NCBI GenBank assembly: GCA_002314565.1
Contig: DCGL01000116.1
Location: 1-45,182 of the forward strand
Direction of reading: 5' to 3'
DNA length: 45,182 bases
Source: Clostridiales bacterium UBA1779
GTDB lineage: Bacteria; Bacillota; Clostridia; Oscillospirales; CAG-272
Below are positions 1 through 7,221 of this stretch, in pieces (position 1 is the first letter of the stretch; the number at the start of each line of letters is the position of its first letter). The notes under the pieces are model-generated. The model saw nothing but the letters and a program-made list of their open reading frames with translations, had not been told where the DNA came from and did no database searches. The translations under genes were made by a program, and so were the position numbers.

Positions 1-60
1 GGGCGTGCGTAAAAAATGCAAAAATCTATATAATAATATAATTATTTTTGAGAAAAATGA

Positions 61-89
61 TTGACAGCAAATTTTTGATATGATATAAT
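61..89 (+). promoter_or_regulatory. Consensus sigma-A/sigma-70-type promoter (TTGACA - 17 nt - TATAAT, with TG extended -10)
   Basis: TTGACA lies at 61-66, followed by an exact 17-nt spacer and TATAAT at 84-89. TG at 81-82 sits one base upstream of the -10, in an AT-rich context. The first downstream + strand gene starts only at 363, which implies a leader of about 265 nt or a separate short transcript. Confidence 0.5.
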
Positions 90-362
90 ATGCACACATA
101 TAAGGGTAAAGTTCCATCACCATAATTGTACTTGCAGTTAAATTCCGCTTTTCCCACTGCAGATTTTTTCAAGACTTTCGTAATAAAAGCCGGCCCAAGG
201 CTGAAATTGGGCATATTTTTCCGGGTGAATTTCAGTAAACACTGAAAAACGCAGCTGTTCTGAGCCCGGAGAGGCGCCGCGGCAGCAACAGAAAATCCTG
301 CCGGGCGCAAAAAAATACGCGCGCACACGTATATATAATATAGACAAGGGGGGGTAAAAAAG

Positions 363-947
363 ATGCAGAACAAAAAGAATGAAAAAAAAGAAGCTTTGCT
401 TAATGCTGTCATAAAAGTTACCTCCCGCGACGGTCTTGAGAGACTCACCACAAAGAGCGTCGAAGCCGAAAGCGGATGCTCGGAAAGATACATCTTCCTG
501 TACTTCGGAAGCAAGGATGCGATGCTGACGCAGACCTTTGACAGAGTCGAAATGAGATTCCTGAATGCAATAGCGGCAGCCTTCAGAGAATCGGTTTCAA
601 AGGAAAAGGGAACCGAAGCCTTTCTCAGAAGAGTCTGGTATGCCGGATGGAAGGAACTCAGCGACAATCCGGATGAAACGAAATTCTTCATACGCTACTT
701 CTTCTCGGAGCAGTTTGTCAGATTCTCAAGAGAGAATCACGAGAAGAATACCGAGCCGGTTGTAAATATGTTTGCTCCGCTTTTTCTTGAAGGCCATGAC
801 GCGAGAGATTCGATAAGATACGTTCTGATGTCAATGCTCTCATCAAGCCTGACCGCGATAAACTCGCAGAAGCCTTCAGAGTCCGAAGCAATATGCGAAA
901 AAGCATTCCGCTTTATGTATAACTCTCAGAGAGATATCCTGATGTAA
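363..947 (+). CDS. TetR/AcrR-family transcriptional regulator
   Basis: This is a 194-aa ORF. Its N-terminal helix-turn-helix region has the TetR pattern: KKEALLNAVIKVTSRDGLERLTTKSVEAESGCSERYIFLYFGSKDAMLTQTF. A G-rich SD (AAGGGGGGG) lies just upstream of the ATG at 363. Confidence 0.85.
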   Translation: MQNKKNEKKEALLNAVIKVTSRDGLERLTTKSVEAESGCSERYIFLYFGSKDAMLTQTFDRVEMRFLNAIAAAFRESVSKEKGTEAFLRRVWYAGWKELSDNPDETKFFIRYFFSEQFVRFSRENHEKNTEPVVNMFAPLFLEGHDARDSIRYVLMSMLSSSLTAINSQKPSESEAICEKAFRFMYNSQRDILM

Positions 948-965
948 AAACCGTGAGGAAGAAAG

Positions 966-1430
966 ATGATTTACATTTACGATACAGTGATAGACCCGAT
1001 GGACAGAAACCCTGTTTTCGAAAGATTCGGAACCAAGTTCAAGCTCGAAAAAAGACATAAAATGGGTGACAGGATTTACTACAGCTTTACGTCTCCCGGT
1101 ATGGAAAAGATTCTGGTGATTCCGAGCTTCATTTCGCAGTACCGTGAAATAGAAAAGTTGGTAACGAAGCAATGCCGCGGCAAGGACTATGAGGGCTGCC
1201 GCAAGGTTCTTCGCAAGCTTGTGGAAATCGAAGATGAAGATCAGTATCCTTCTGAATTATCCGAAAACAAAATAATGAACGTCGTGCTTTGTCAGTACAA
1301 GGACATCGGAATTACGTTTGAATACGAAAACAAACAAATAAAAATCGCGAAAGAGTTTGAAATCCGCCAGAACAATATCTTCGGAAACGGACAGGTGATT
1401 TCACTTCTGACAGAAGAAAAAGAAGATTGA
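966..1430 (+). CDS. Hypothetical cytoplasmic protein
   Basis: This is a 154-aa ORF. An SD (GAGGAAG) precedes the ATG at 966, only 18 nt after the TetR stop. I recognise no motif and see no hydrophobic segment. Confidence 0.6.
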   Translation: MIYIYDTVIDPMDRNPVFERFGTKFKLEKRHKMGDRIYYSFTSPGMEKILVIPSFISQYREIEKLVTKQCRGKDYEGCRKVLRKLVEIEDEDQYPSELSENKIMNVVLCQYKDIGITFEYENKQIKIAKEFEIRQNNIFGNGQVISLLTEEKED

Positions 1431-1449
1431 GAAAGAAAAGGAGCCCGAT

Positions 1450-1773
1450 ATGGCAAAGGATTACAAACCGATTAAAAACCCCGTGCTGAGATTCTTCCTT
1501 GACAGTGCCGGTGTGTTCGAGCTTATTTGCAAAATCATTCTTGCAGTGATAATCATCCCATACGGAAGCCTTTTCGTAAACGGCCTGATTTTTGACAAAC
1601 TTCTGAAGGTTGTTGACGGAAACGATTTCTGGGTTATCGCCATTGTGGCCACACTCGTCATACTGTTCATACTCGGAAACGTTGCCGCAGTCTACGCCAT
1701 CGTAAGATATTCAATCGGGATCGGACGAAAGAGAATAAGTACCCCGAAGACTAAGGAGAGTGAAGAAAAGTGA
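1450..1773 (+). CDS. Small integral membrane protein (two predicted TM helices)
   Basis: This is a 107-aa ORF with an SD (AAAGGAG) 7 nt upstream of the ATG at 1450. It has two hydrophobic spans (ICKIILAVIIIPYGSLFVNGLIF and FWVIAIVATLVILFILGNVAAVYAIV). Its stop overlaps the start of the next gene as GTGA. Confidence 0.65.
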   Translation: MAKDYKPIKNPVLRFFLDSAGVFELICKIILAVIIIPYGSLFVNGLIFDKLLKVVDGNDFWVIAIVATLVILFILGNVAAVYAIVRYSIGIGRKRISTPKTKESEEK

Positions 1774-3284
1774 GTATGGCACAGGCAAAGAAATTCACAA
1801 CGCTTGATTCCGCATTCGAGGCTCTTCCCGAAGAAACAAAACGTCACAGCTTAAGAGTCGCTGAGTATATGCAGATTCTGTTCCCCGAGGCCTGCTTTAC
1901 GGAACAGCTCAGGCGCGACCAGAAAGCAGAAGCAAGACTTCGCGACGATCTTACTCCGATGGCATATAACGCAGGAAAGTATCATGACATCGGAAAGGCA
2001 ATGATTCCGCTTGAGCTTCATGTTCCCCGTGATGACTTCAGCGAAGAAGAGCTTGCTCTTTACAGACGCCATCAGATATATTCTTCCAAGCTTGCCTTTG
2101 ACCGTTTCCGTGCCGATACAAAATGCTCGGCAAGAGAAGAAACCTACGGTTACGAAGCAATATCCTGTATGCACGAAAGGTGGGACGGAACGGGCTTCCC
2201 TCAGGGACTCGAGGGGAACAAAATCCCGGTTGTCGCAAGACTGCTCACAGCCTGCGACGCACTTGACCATCTTGCCTGCTCAATTCACAGCGAAAAACCG
2301 TTTGAAGATGCGCTTGACATTCTTATGTCAAAGTGCGATGAAATATACGACAGACTGATTGTGGACCTGATGTTCACGATCAAGGGTAGCCTGAAAAAAG
2401 TATTTCTGGAAAACCTTGAATACACGGACTCGATTCCGAAAATCGACACTGTGGTGCCTGCTTCCGGAAAGCGTACGGTAAAGTTGCGGTACAGACAGAT
2501 AAAAGACCGCATGTCAGGCAGGACGCTGGGACTTGAAGCGGTTCCGATGTTCCGCGTAGGAGATGACTGGAAAGATTACAGCGGGGTCAGCGAAATACTT
2601 GCCGACACAAAAGAAAAGCAGAACAAAGAACTGAGGCGTCGCCTGTTCATTTATCTTACCTGCGAAGCCTGCGATATGATAAGGCATTGCAGTGCGGCGA
2701 GAATCGATGCCGGTTGCATGACGGTTAACTACCCTGCGGTTTTCTTAAAACAGAAAGGTGCGGCACAGGACATCATCTCGGTTGTGACCGATGAAGAAAT
2801 CGGACCGGAAAAATTCCGTGTCATCGTTCACGGAATGCTTTTCAATCAGTCAAGCGCAACTCTGCAGAAAAACATAACGGCTCTGAAAGAGGCCGGGATC
2901 AAAACGGTTCTTACCTGTACTGAGCTTGTCGCGGAACCCGCAGATACGCCGAAGGATGCAGAGAGAATGCTTCTCACGGCAGACCGGGTTATCGAAAGCG
3001 GAATTTCGATTTTCCGTCTTGACAGAGCGGATGCCGAAAAGGCAGACGACGAAGCCGGGGTTGCGGAATTCGAAAAGCTCGCACGTGCCGGAATAGAATT
3101 TGCCAGCGACGCACTTGACGGTGAGCTTGTACGCCCCACTCTGAATCTTCTGAACGTGACGGAAATCGGCGACTCAAAGAACGATTTGCTGTTTGACGAA
3201 GACGAAATAATCAAAAGATTCCTGGCTGCCGAAAACGGGGAGCGGGATGAACAGCCTGCAGAAGAGACTGCGGCTGACAATTAA
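1770..3284 (+). CDS. HD-GYP domain protein (c-di-GMP phosphodiesterase family) with degenerate EAL-like C-terminal half
   Basis: The HD motif is YHDIGKAMIP and the GYP-type motif is HERWDGTGFPQGL (GFP variant). The C-terminal half aligns by eye to EAL-domain landmarks: RYRQIKDRMSGRTLGLEAVPMFR (EAV in place of EAL), MTVNYPAVFL and FRLDRAD. It lacks the E-x-T-E and DDFGTG-type motifs. The start is either GTG 1770, overlapping the upstream stop, or ATG 1776. Confidence 0.75.
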   Translation: MSMAQAKKFTTLDSAFEALPEETKRHSLRVAEYMQILFPEACFTEQLRRDQKAEARLRDDLTPMAYNAGKYHDIGKAMIPLELHVPRDDFSEEELALYRRHQIYSSKLAFDRFRADTKCSAREETYGYEAISCMHERWDGTGFPQGLEGNKIPVVARLLTACDALDHLACSIHSEKPFEDALDILMSKCDEIYDRLIVDLMFTIKGSLKKVFLENLEYTDSIPKIDTVVPASGKRTVKLRYRQIKDRMSGRTLGLEAVPMFRVGDDWKDYSGVSEILADTKEKQNKELRRRLFIYLTCEACDMIRHCSAARIDAGCMTVNYPAVFLKQKGAAQDIISVVTDEEIGPEKFRVIVHGMLFNQSSATLQKNITALKEAGIKTVLTCTELVAEPADTPKDAERMLLTADRVIESGISIFRLDRADAEKADDEAGVAEFEKLARAGIEFASDALDGELVRPTLNLLNVTEIGDSKNDLLFDEDEIIKRFLAAENGERDEQPAEETAADN

Positions 3285-3331
3285 AACACAAAGCTTGAGG
3301 TAATTTATAAAAATTTCAGAAAGGAGAAGCC

Positions 3332-4576
3332 ATGGCACTGCACGAACCGCCTTCCGATGAGATGAAGGCAAAGGCAGTCAAGGATACCGAAGGCCGGGGA
3401 CCGAAAGCCCCGCACGATACGGAAAAAGAACCGAAAGCACCGAACGGTATTTTCAGAAAGCCGAGCGGAGAATATCAGGCAAAAGCACTGACGCCGGATG
3501 AAATCAGCGCCTTGCTTCCTTACTACGCCGACATCGGCGAAAGACCTCCTTTCTACAGACCGATTAAGAGAATCCTCTGGGACAGAAAGCTGTTCAGAGA
3601 ACGCAGAAAGCTGAGGAAGCAATTAAAGTACGAATTCCTGATGAAGTTAAAGCCCAGGGAATTCGAGGAGCTTGCAACCGAAGTCGGACTTGGACTTGAA
3701 CACACACCCTGGCTGCTTCTGTGGTGGTTCTTCAATTGGCTTTTCGGAGCCGGTGGACTTGCAACCCTGCTCGGACTCGGGCTGCTGGCGATGGGAGGAA
3801 TTTACGCTTGGTCTGCCATATCGGAGCTGGCGGGATCCTTCACGGTACAGATAAACTACAACACGATGCAGAGCGGTTTCGTTCTTTCGGAAACCGCAGA
3901 CTTTGCAGTAAAAACCGGACGACTGATAAGCACCGAGCTCGAGGGTGTCAACGCAATGACGCTTTCCGATCTTCCTAAGGATATCGACGAATATGACGGA
4001 ACAAGGAACGGTGCAAGATATGTGGCATATTCGTTTTACATCAGAAATGACGGAAATGTAGTTGACAGTTATGAATATGTCCTTCATATGTCGGACAGTT
4101 CAAGAGATGCCGACCTTGCAGTCTGGTGTATGCTTTTTGAAGATGGACATCAAATTATATATGCCGATGCTTCGGCTGACGGTGATCCGGAAAGAATCTG
4201 GGGATATAAAATACCGCCCTTCTACAATCTGGCCTACGATCCCGCAAATCAGTACTATCAGAAAGCGGAAGACAAGGACGGACGCTGGGGAATTCAGACC
4301 ACACCCTTTGAAAGCCGAGACGTTGTTGTCCGCGGAATCGTAACTGATATCGAACCGGGGGAAATACACAGATATACGGTTGTTCTCTGGGTTGAAGGCT
4401 ATGACCCCGAATGCACTGACAGCATCCTCGACGGATATGCAAAATACTATATGGAATTCAATCAGGTCGATAAAGAAAAAGTCAACTTGTTCTCGAACCT
4501 CTACCGCACTGAATTTGATAAGCCTCTGACACAGGGCGGGCTTGAAGAGTCCGAAGAAACACAGTCGGCTGAATGA
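3332..4576 (+). CDS. Group-A SipW-cognate-type protein 1: basic cytoplasmic N-terminal extension of about 125 aa, internal signal/anchor, TasA/camelysin-like candidate ectodomain
   Basis: An SD (AAAGGAG) lies about 6 nt upstream of the ATG at 3332. The hydrophobic span WLLLWWFFNWLFGAGGLATLLGLGLLAMGGIYAWSAIS ends in the I-Y-A-W motif shared with the paralogs. The C-terminal motif VVLWVEGYDPECTD (4379-4420) is shared with 5981-7018 and 7222-8838. Confidence 0.75.
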   Translation: MALHEPPSDEMKAKAVKDTEGRGPKAPHDTEKEPKAPNGIFRKPSGEYQAKALTPDEISALLPYYADIGERPPFYRPIKRILWDRKLFRERRKLRKQLKYEFLMKLKPREFEELATEVGLGLEHTPWLLLWWFFNWLFGAGGLATLLGLGLLAMGGIYAWSAISELAGSFTVQINYNTMQSGFVLSETADFAVKTGRLISTELEGVNAMTLSDLPKDIDEYDGTRNGARYVAYSFYIRNDGNVVDSYEYVLHMSDSSRDADLAVWCMLFEDGHQIIYADASADGDPERIWGYKIPPFYNLAYDPANQYYQKAEDKDGRWGIQTTPFESRDVVVRGIVTDIEPGEIHRYTVVLWVEGYDPECTDSILDGYAKYYMEFNQVDKEKVNLFSNLYRTEFDKPLTQGGLEESEETQSAE

Positions 4577-4752
4577 AAAAATCAGCCCAAAGAAAAAAAC
4601 ATCTCAGTAACTCAGAAACGACAAACACAATAATTCATCAAGAGACACCAAAGAAGCAACGCCTTCGGTTTCACAATAAGTTATCAATATTCCGAAGCCT
4701 GCCGGCAAAGGAAAAGATAAAAATAAAAAGTTTCAAAACAAGGAGAAACAAA

Positions 4753-5853
4753 ATGAAGCACCTCAAATCAAAACTGATTTCCGCTATCGCAATGCTTGCA
4801 GTAGCCGCTGTAATGATGACATCCGCCACTTACGCTTGGATGACCATTTCAACCAACCCCGAAATCTCTGATATCAAGGCAAACGTTGTCGCCAACGGAA
4901 ACTTTGAAATCGCCCTCGACGCCGGTTCAATGACCAAGCCCGGCGCTTCAACAACCAGCGATGCCGGCAAGAACGAAACCTGGGGTAATCTCGTAGACCT
5001 CAAGGGCGCATTCCAGACCTCTTCCGGTGGAATCGCAACACTTCAGCTCAAGCCCGTAGGAATCATCAGCTCTGCCATCACCGTTCTTGACAGCTCCGGA
5101 ATCGCCAACAGCTCAGGCGTTGTAGTATTCCAGTATCCCGAATACGGTAAAGACGGTAGAATTTCCAAGCTCACAAACCTCAACAGAGTCCGTGCAACAG
5201 ACGGTGCTGCCGACAACTTCAAGGATCTCGGCGGTGTATATTTCTACACAACATCCAGCGCAGTTAAGTCTTCCGGTATTTCCGACATCAGCTCCAACGA
5301 AGTTTATGCCGTAGAAATCGACTACTGGCTCAGAACCAATGCCGAAAATTCTTCCGCCATCACACTGGTAGCTCCTTCCTCCGGAATCAGCTCCAGCTCA
5401 ACACCCGACTCCGGTGTTTCAAGATCTGAAGACGCTGCCGATACATACGCCGGCGAAAACGGTCTCGGCTCATTCATCAGCATTGATACAGTTACAATCC
5501 TTCTTGCCGATACAACCGATAAGAAAGTATACGAAGCTGTTCCTTCTGCCATCGCTTCTTCATCCTTCTACTCCCTCGCTCTGAAGGAAGTTGAATGGAA
5601 AGAATCTACCAAGACATACGAAGTCAAGTCCGGCGGAATCGAATACATCAAGCTCGACAAGGACGAAGCCAAGCTTATCAGAATGTACATCTTCATGGAC
5701 GGTGCCGTTCTTGAAAACTCCGATGCAAAGCTTACTATGACTGAGTTCACAATGAACGTACAGTTCACAAGCAACAAGGAACTCACCGCTATGGACGTTC
5801 CCATGACTGATTACGACAGAGCCTCTGCCATCTCTTCCTCCGCTGCATGGTAA
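4753..5853 (+). CDS. Group-A SipW-cognate-type secreted protein 2; candidate major fibre subunit (TasA/camelysin-like candidate)
   Basis: I prefer the ATG at 4753 because a strong SD (CAAGGAGAAAC) lies 6-8 nt upstream. The leader is MKHLKSKLISAIAMLAVAAVMMTSATYA followed by WMTISTNPEISDIK. The protein is Ser/Thr/Ala-rich, and by eye its codons are more C-ending than those of its neighbours. Two hairpins follow the gene. The ORF track start at 4573 (ATGA overlap with the upstream stop) would add 60 basic residues, encoded by A-rich sequence that looks intergenic. Confidence 0.8.
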   Translation: MKHLKSKLISAIAMLAVAAVMMTSATYAWMTISTNPEISDIKANVVANGNFEIALDAGSMTKPGASTTSDAGKNETWGNLVDLKGAFQTSSGGIATLQLKPVGIISSAITVLDSSGIANSSGVVVFQYPEYGKDGRISKLTNLNRVRATDGAADNFKDLGGVYFYTTSSAVKSSGISDISSNEVYAVEIDYWLRTNAENSSAITLVAPSSGISSSSTPDSGVSRSEDAADTYAGENGLGSFISIDTVTILLADTTDKKVYEAVPSAIASSSFYSLALKEVEWKESTKTYEVKSGGIEYIKLDKDEAKLIRMYIFMDGAVLENSDAKLTMTEFTMNVQFTSNKELTAMDVPMTDYDRASAISSSAAW

Positions 5854-5874
5854 TCAATCACTGAAAAACAATAG

Positions 5875-5896
5875 TCCGCCGCTTAATTGCGGCGGA
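5875..5896 (+). terminator. GC-rich hairpin downstream of the candidate major subunit gene (possible partial terminator)
   Basis: TCCGCCGC (5875-5882) pairs with GCGGCGGA (5889-5896) around the 6-nt loop TTAATT. The hairpin starts 22 nt after the stop at 5853. No clear U-run follows. Confidence 0.35.
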
Positions 5897-5916
5897 TAAA
5901 TGCGCAGACACATTTC

Positions 5917-5956
5917 GTTCACAATCTGTTTTGTGCGTACAGAACAGATTGTGAAC
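5917..5956 (+). terminator. Long perfect inverted repeat or hairpin in the 5854-5980 intergenic region
   Basis: GTTCACAATCTGTT (5917-5930) is exactly complementary to AACAGATTGTGAAC (5943-5956). The stem can extend by UUGU/ACAG (one G-U pair), leaving the loop GCGU. No U-run follows, so this could be an RNA stabiliser or attenuator, or a protein-binding palindrome. Confidence 0.35.
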
Positions 5957-5980
5957 TGACCGAAAAGCCATGACATTTCT

Positions 5981-7018
5981 ATGAAAGGAGCAATCGATTT
6001 GAGCAAGCAGCTGAAAACGGTAATATCACTGGTTCTCACTGTGGCGGCGCTGCTGTCACTGGTCGGTGCCACGTATGCGTGGCTGACGATGTCGGATGCT
6101 CCTATGGTTTCAGACCTGGCTCTGTATCTCGTTTCAGACAACGATATGGCTTTTCTTGTGGCTCCCGATGTGGACGGAGAGCCGGGCGAATTCGGCCTGA
6201 TTTTGGATCTTTCCACAAGCTCACAAAGAGGGACGCTCTTAAAACCGGTCACCTTCTCGGCATCTCAGTTTGCCTTTCTTCTGCCCGAATACGCGCTTGA
6301 CGGCAGAATCAAAGCGGGCTCACCGATATACCTTGAAACGACCATAGATACACCGTCCATCTATTCACCTTATATCTCCCCGGCGGCAGACTCGGAGATA
6401 TTGGGTGAGTACGTATACAAGACAACGTTCTGGGTTAGAGCCGACGCGGTTCCGGTTGACGTTTCCCTTGCGTCGACGTTCACAAATACAGACGGGGTCG
6501 AAGTTACCGGAAGTTATCTTGTCGGCGAACCGATTTGGAATGATACTTCATATTATCACGAAAACAGCGGAAGCGGAGCCGAATATGCAATCAGAATCGG
6601 ACTTTACTTCTTCGGAACCGAAGAAGACCCCGATGACCACCGCTTCGTCATCATTGAACCCAACGCGGACGGCGGAAATGCCGTTCTGTACGACAGCAAA
6701 TACTTTACACAGAGCGTCGACGGCGAAGGAATGGACCTTGCAGCCGGCGACAAACGCGTTACTCTGATTCAGCAATACAGTTCAGGATGGAAAGAGAAGG
6801 ATCCCATTCTGAAGGGCGAGGTTGATTACACTTCAGGGAAGGTAATCGGCGACGACTACATAATCACAATACAGCAGGCAGAGACCAGAAAAGTTGAACT
6901 TTACGTCTGGCTCGAAGGAAACGATGCGGACTGTCTGAATACGATTTCTTCAGGCCGTATCATCGGAAACCTTGTGTTTGGTGCCGATATTTCCAATCTG
7001 CCTCTCAATCCCGAATAA
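5981..7018 (+). CDS. Group-A SipW-cognate-type secreted protein 3 (TasA/camelysin-like candidate)
   Basis: The leader is LKTVISLVLTVAALLSLVGATYA followed by WLTMSDAPMVSDL. The C-terminal motif is LYVWLEGNDADCLN (6899-6940). The EPNAD motif is shared with 7222-8838. The start is either ATG 5981 or in-frame TTG 5999, which sits 8 nt after AAAGGAG (5984-5990). Confidence 0.8.
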   Translation: MKGAIDLSKQLKTVISLVLTVAALLSLVGATYAWLTMSDAPMVSDLALYLVSDNDMAFLVAPDVDGEPGEFGLILDLSTSSQRGTLLKPVTFSASQFAFLLPEYALDGRIKAGSPIYLETTIDTPSIYSPYISPAADSEILGEYVYKTTFWVRADAVPVDVSLASTFTNTDGVEVTGSYLVGEPIWNDTSYYHENSGSGAEYAIRIGLYFFGTEEDPDDHRFVIIEPNADGGNAVLYDSKYFTQSVDGEGMDLAAGDKRVTLIQQYSSGWKEKDPILKGEVDYTSGKVIGDDYIITIQQAETRKVELYVWLEGNDADCLNTISSGRIIGNLVFGADISNLPLNPE

Positions 7019-7099
7019 ATCACGCCTCAGGCGGATTCATTCAGGATTTCGGAAAAGCACCTTGCAAAGCAAAACAAAAATCATTTAAAACGGAAAACA

Positions 7100-7115
7100 A
7101 CCCGCTTCTGCGGGT
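7100..7115 (+). terminator. Short GC hairpin in the intergenic region (weak terminator candidate)
   Basis: ACCCGC (7100-7105) pairs with GCGGGT (7110-7115) around the loop TTCT. No U-run follows. Confidence 0.2.
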
Positions 7116-7221
7116 GACAATAAATTACCCGGGAAATTAGCCGGGAAAGCCAATCAATCAAAAGCAAGTCAATTGCAGAGTTCCGGCGGGAAATCTGAAA
7201 GAAACGGAAGGGGGGACGGGG

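Noticed and set aside
26-691. 221-aa ORF on the minus strand spanning the promoter/leader region and the 5' half of the TetR gene
   Set aside because: It is antisense to a well-supported TetR CDS. Its sequence is low-complexity (Phe, Ser, Leu, Ile-rich), it has no SD, and it runs through obviously non-coding AT-rich sequence. It is best explained as a chance ORF.
2846-3280. 144-aa Ser-rich minus-strand ORF
   Set aside because: It is antisense to the C-terminal half of the HD-GYP/EAL-like gene. Its composition is low-complexity and it has no SD.
4573-4752. Upstream ATG at 4573 (ATGA overlap with the preceding stop) as the start of the candidate major subunit
   Set aside because: The 180-nt stretch is A-rich and looks like intergenic sequence. 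A strong SD sits in front of ATG 4753, which yields a canonical short n-region. The call is not fully excluded, because the previous paralog does carry a basic N-terminal extension.
4577-4752. c-di-GMP riboswitch upstream of the major subunit gene, suggested by the neighbouring HD-GYP gene and a GGCAAA string
   Set aside because: Neither the conserved GEMM-I elements (for example the ACGCAAAGCC-type segment) nor a c-di-GMP-II-like pseudoknot core could be recognised. Only a weak 6-bp stem (CTTCGG/CCGAAG) is present.
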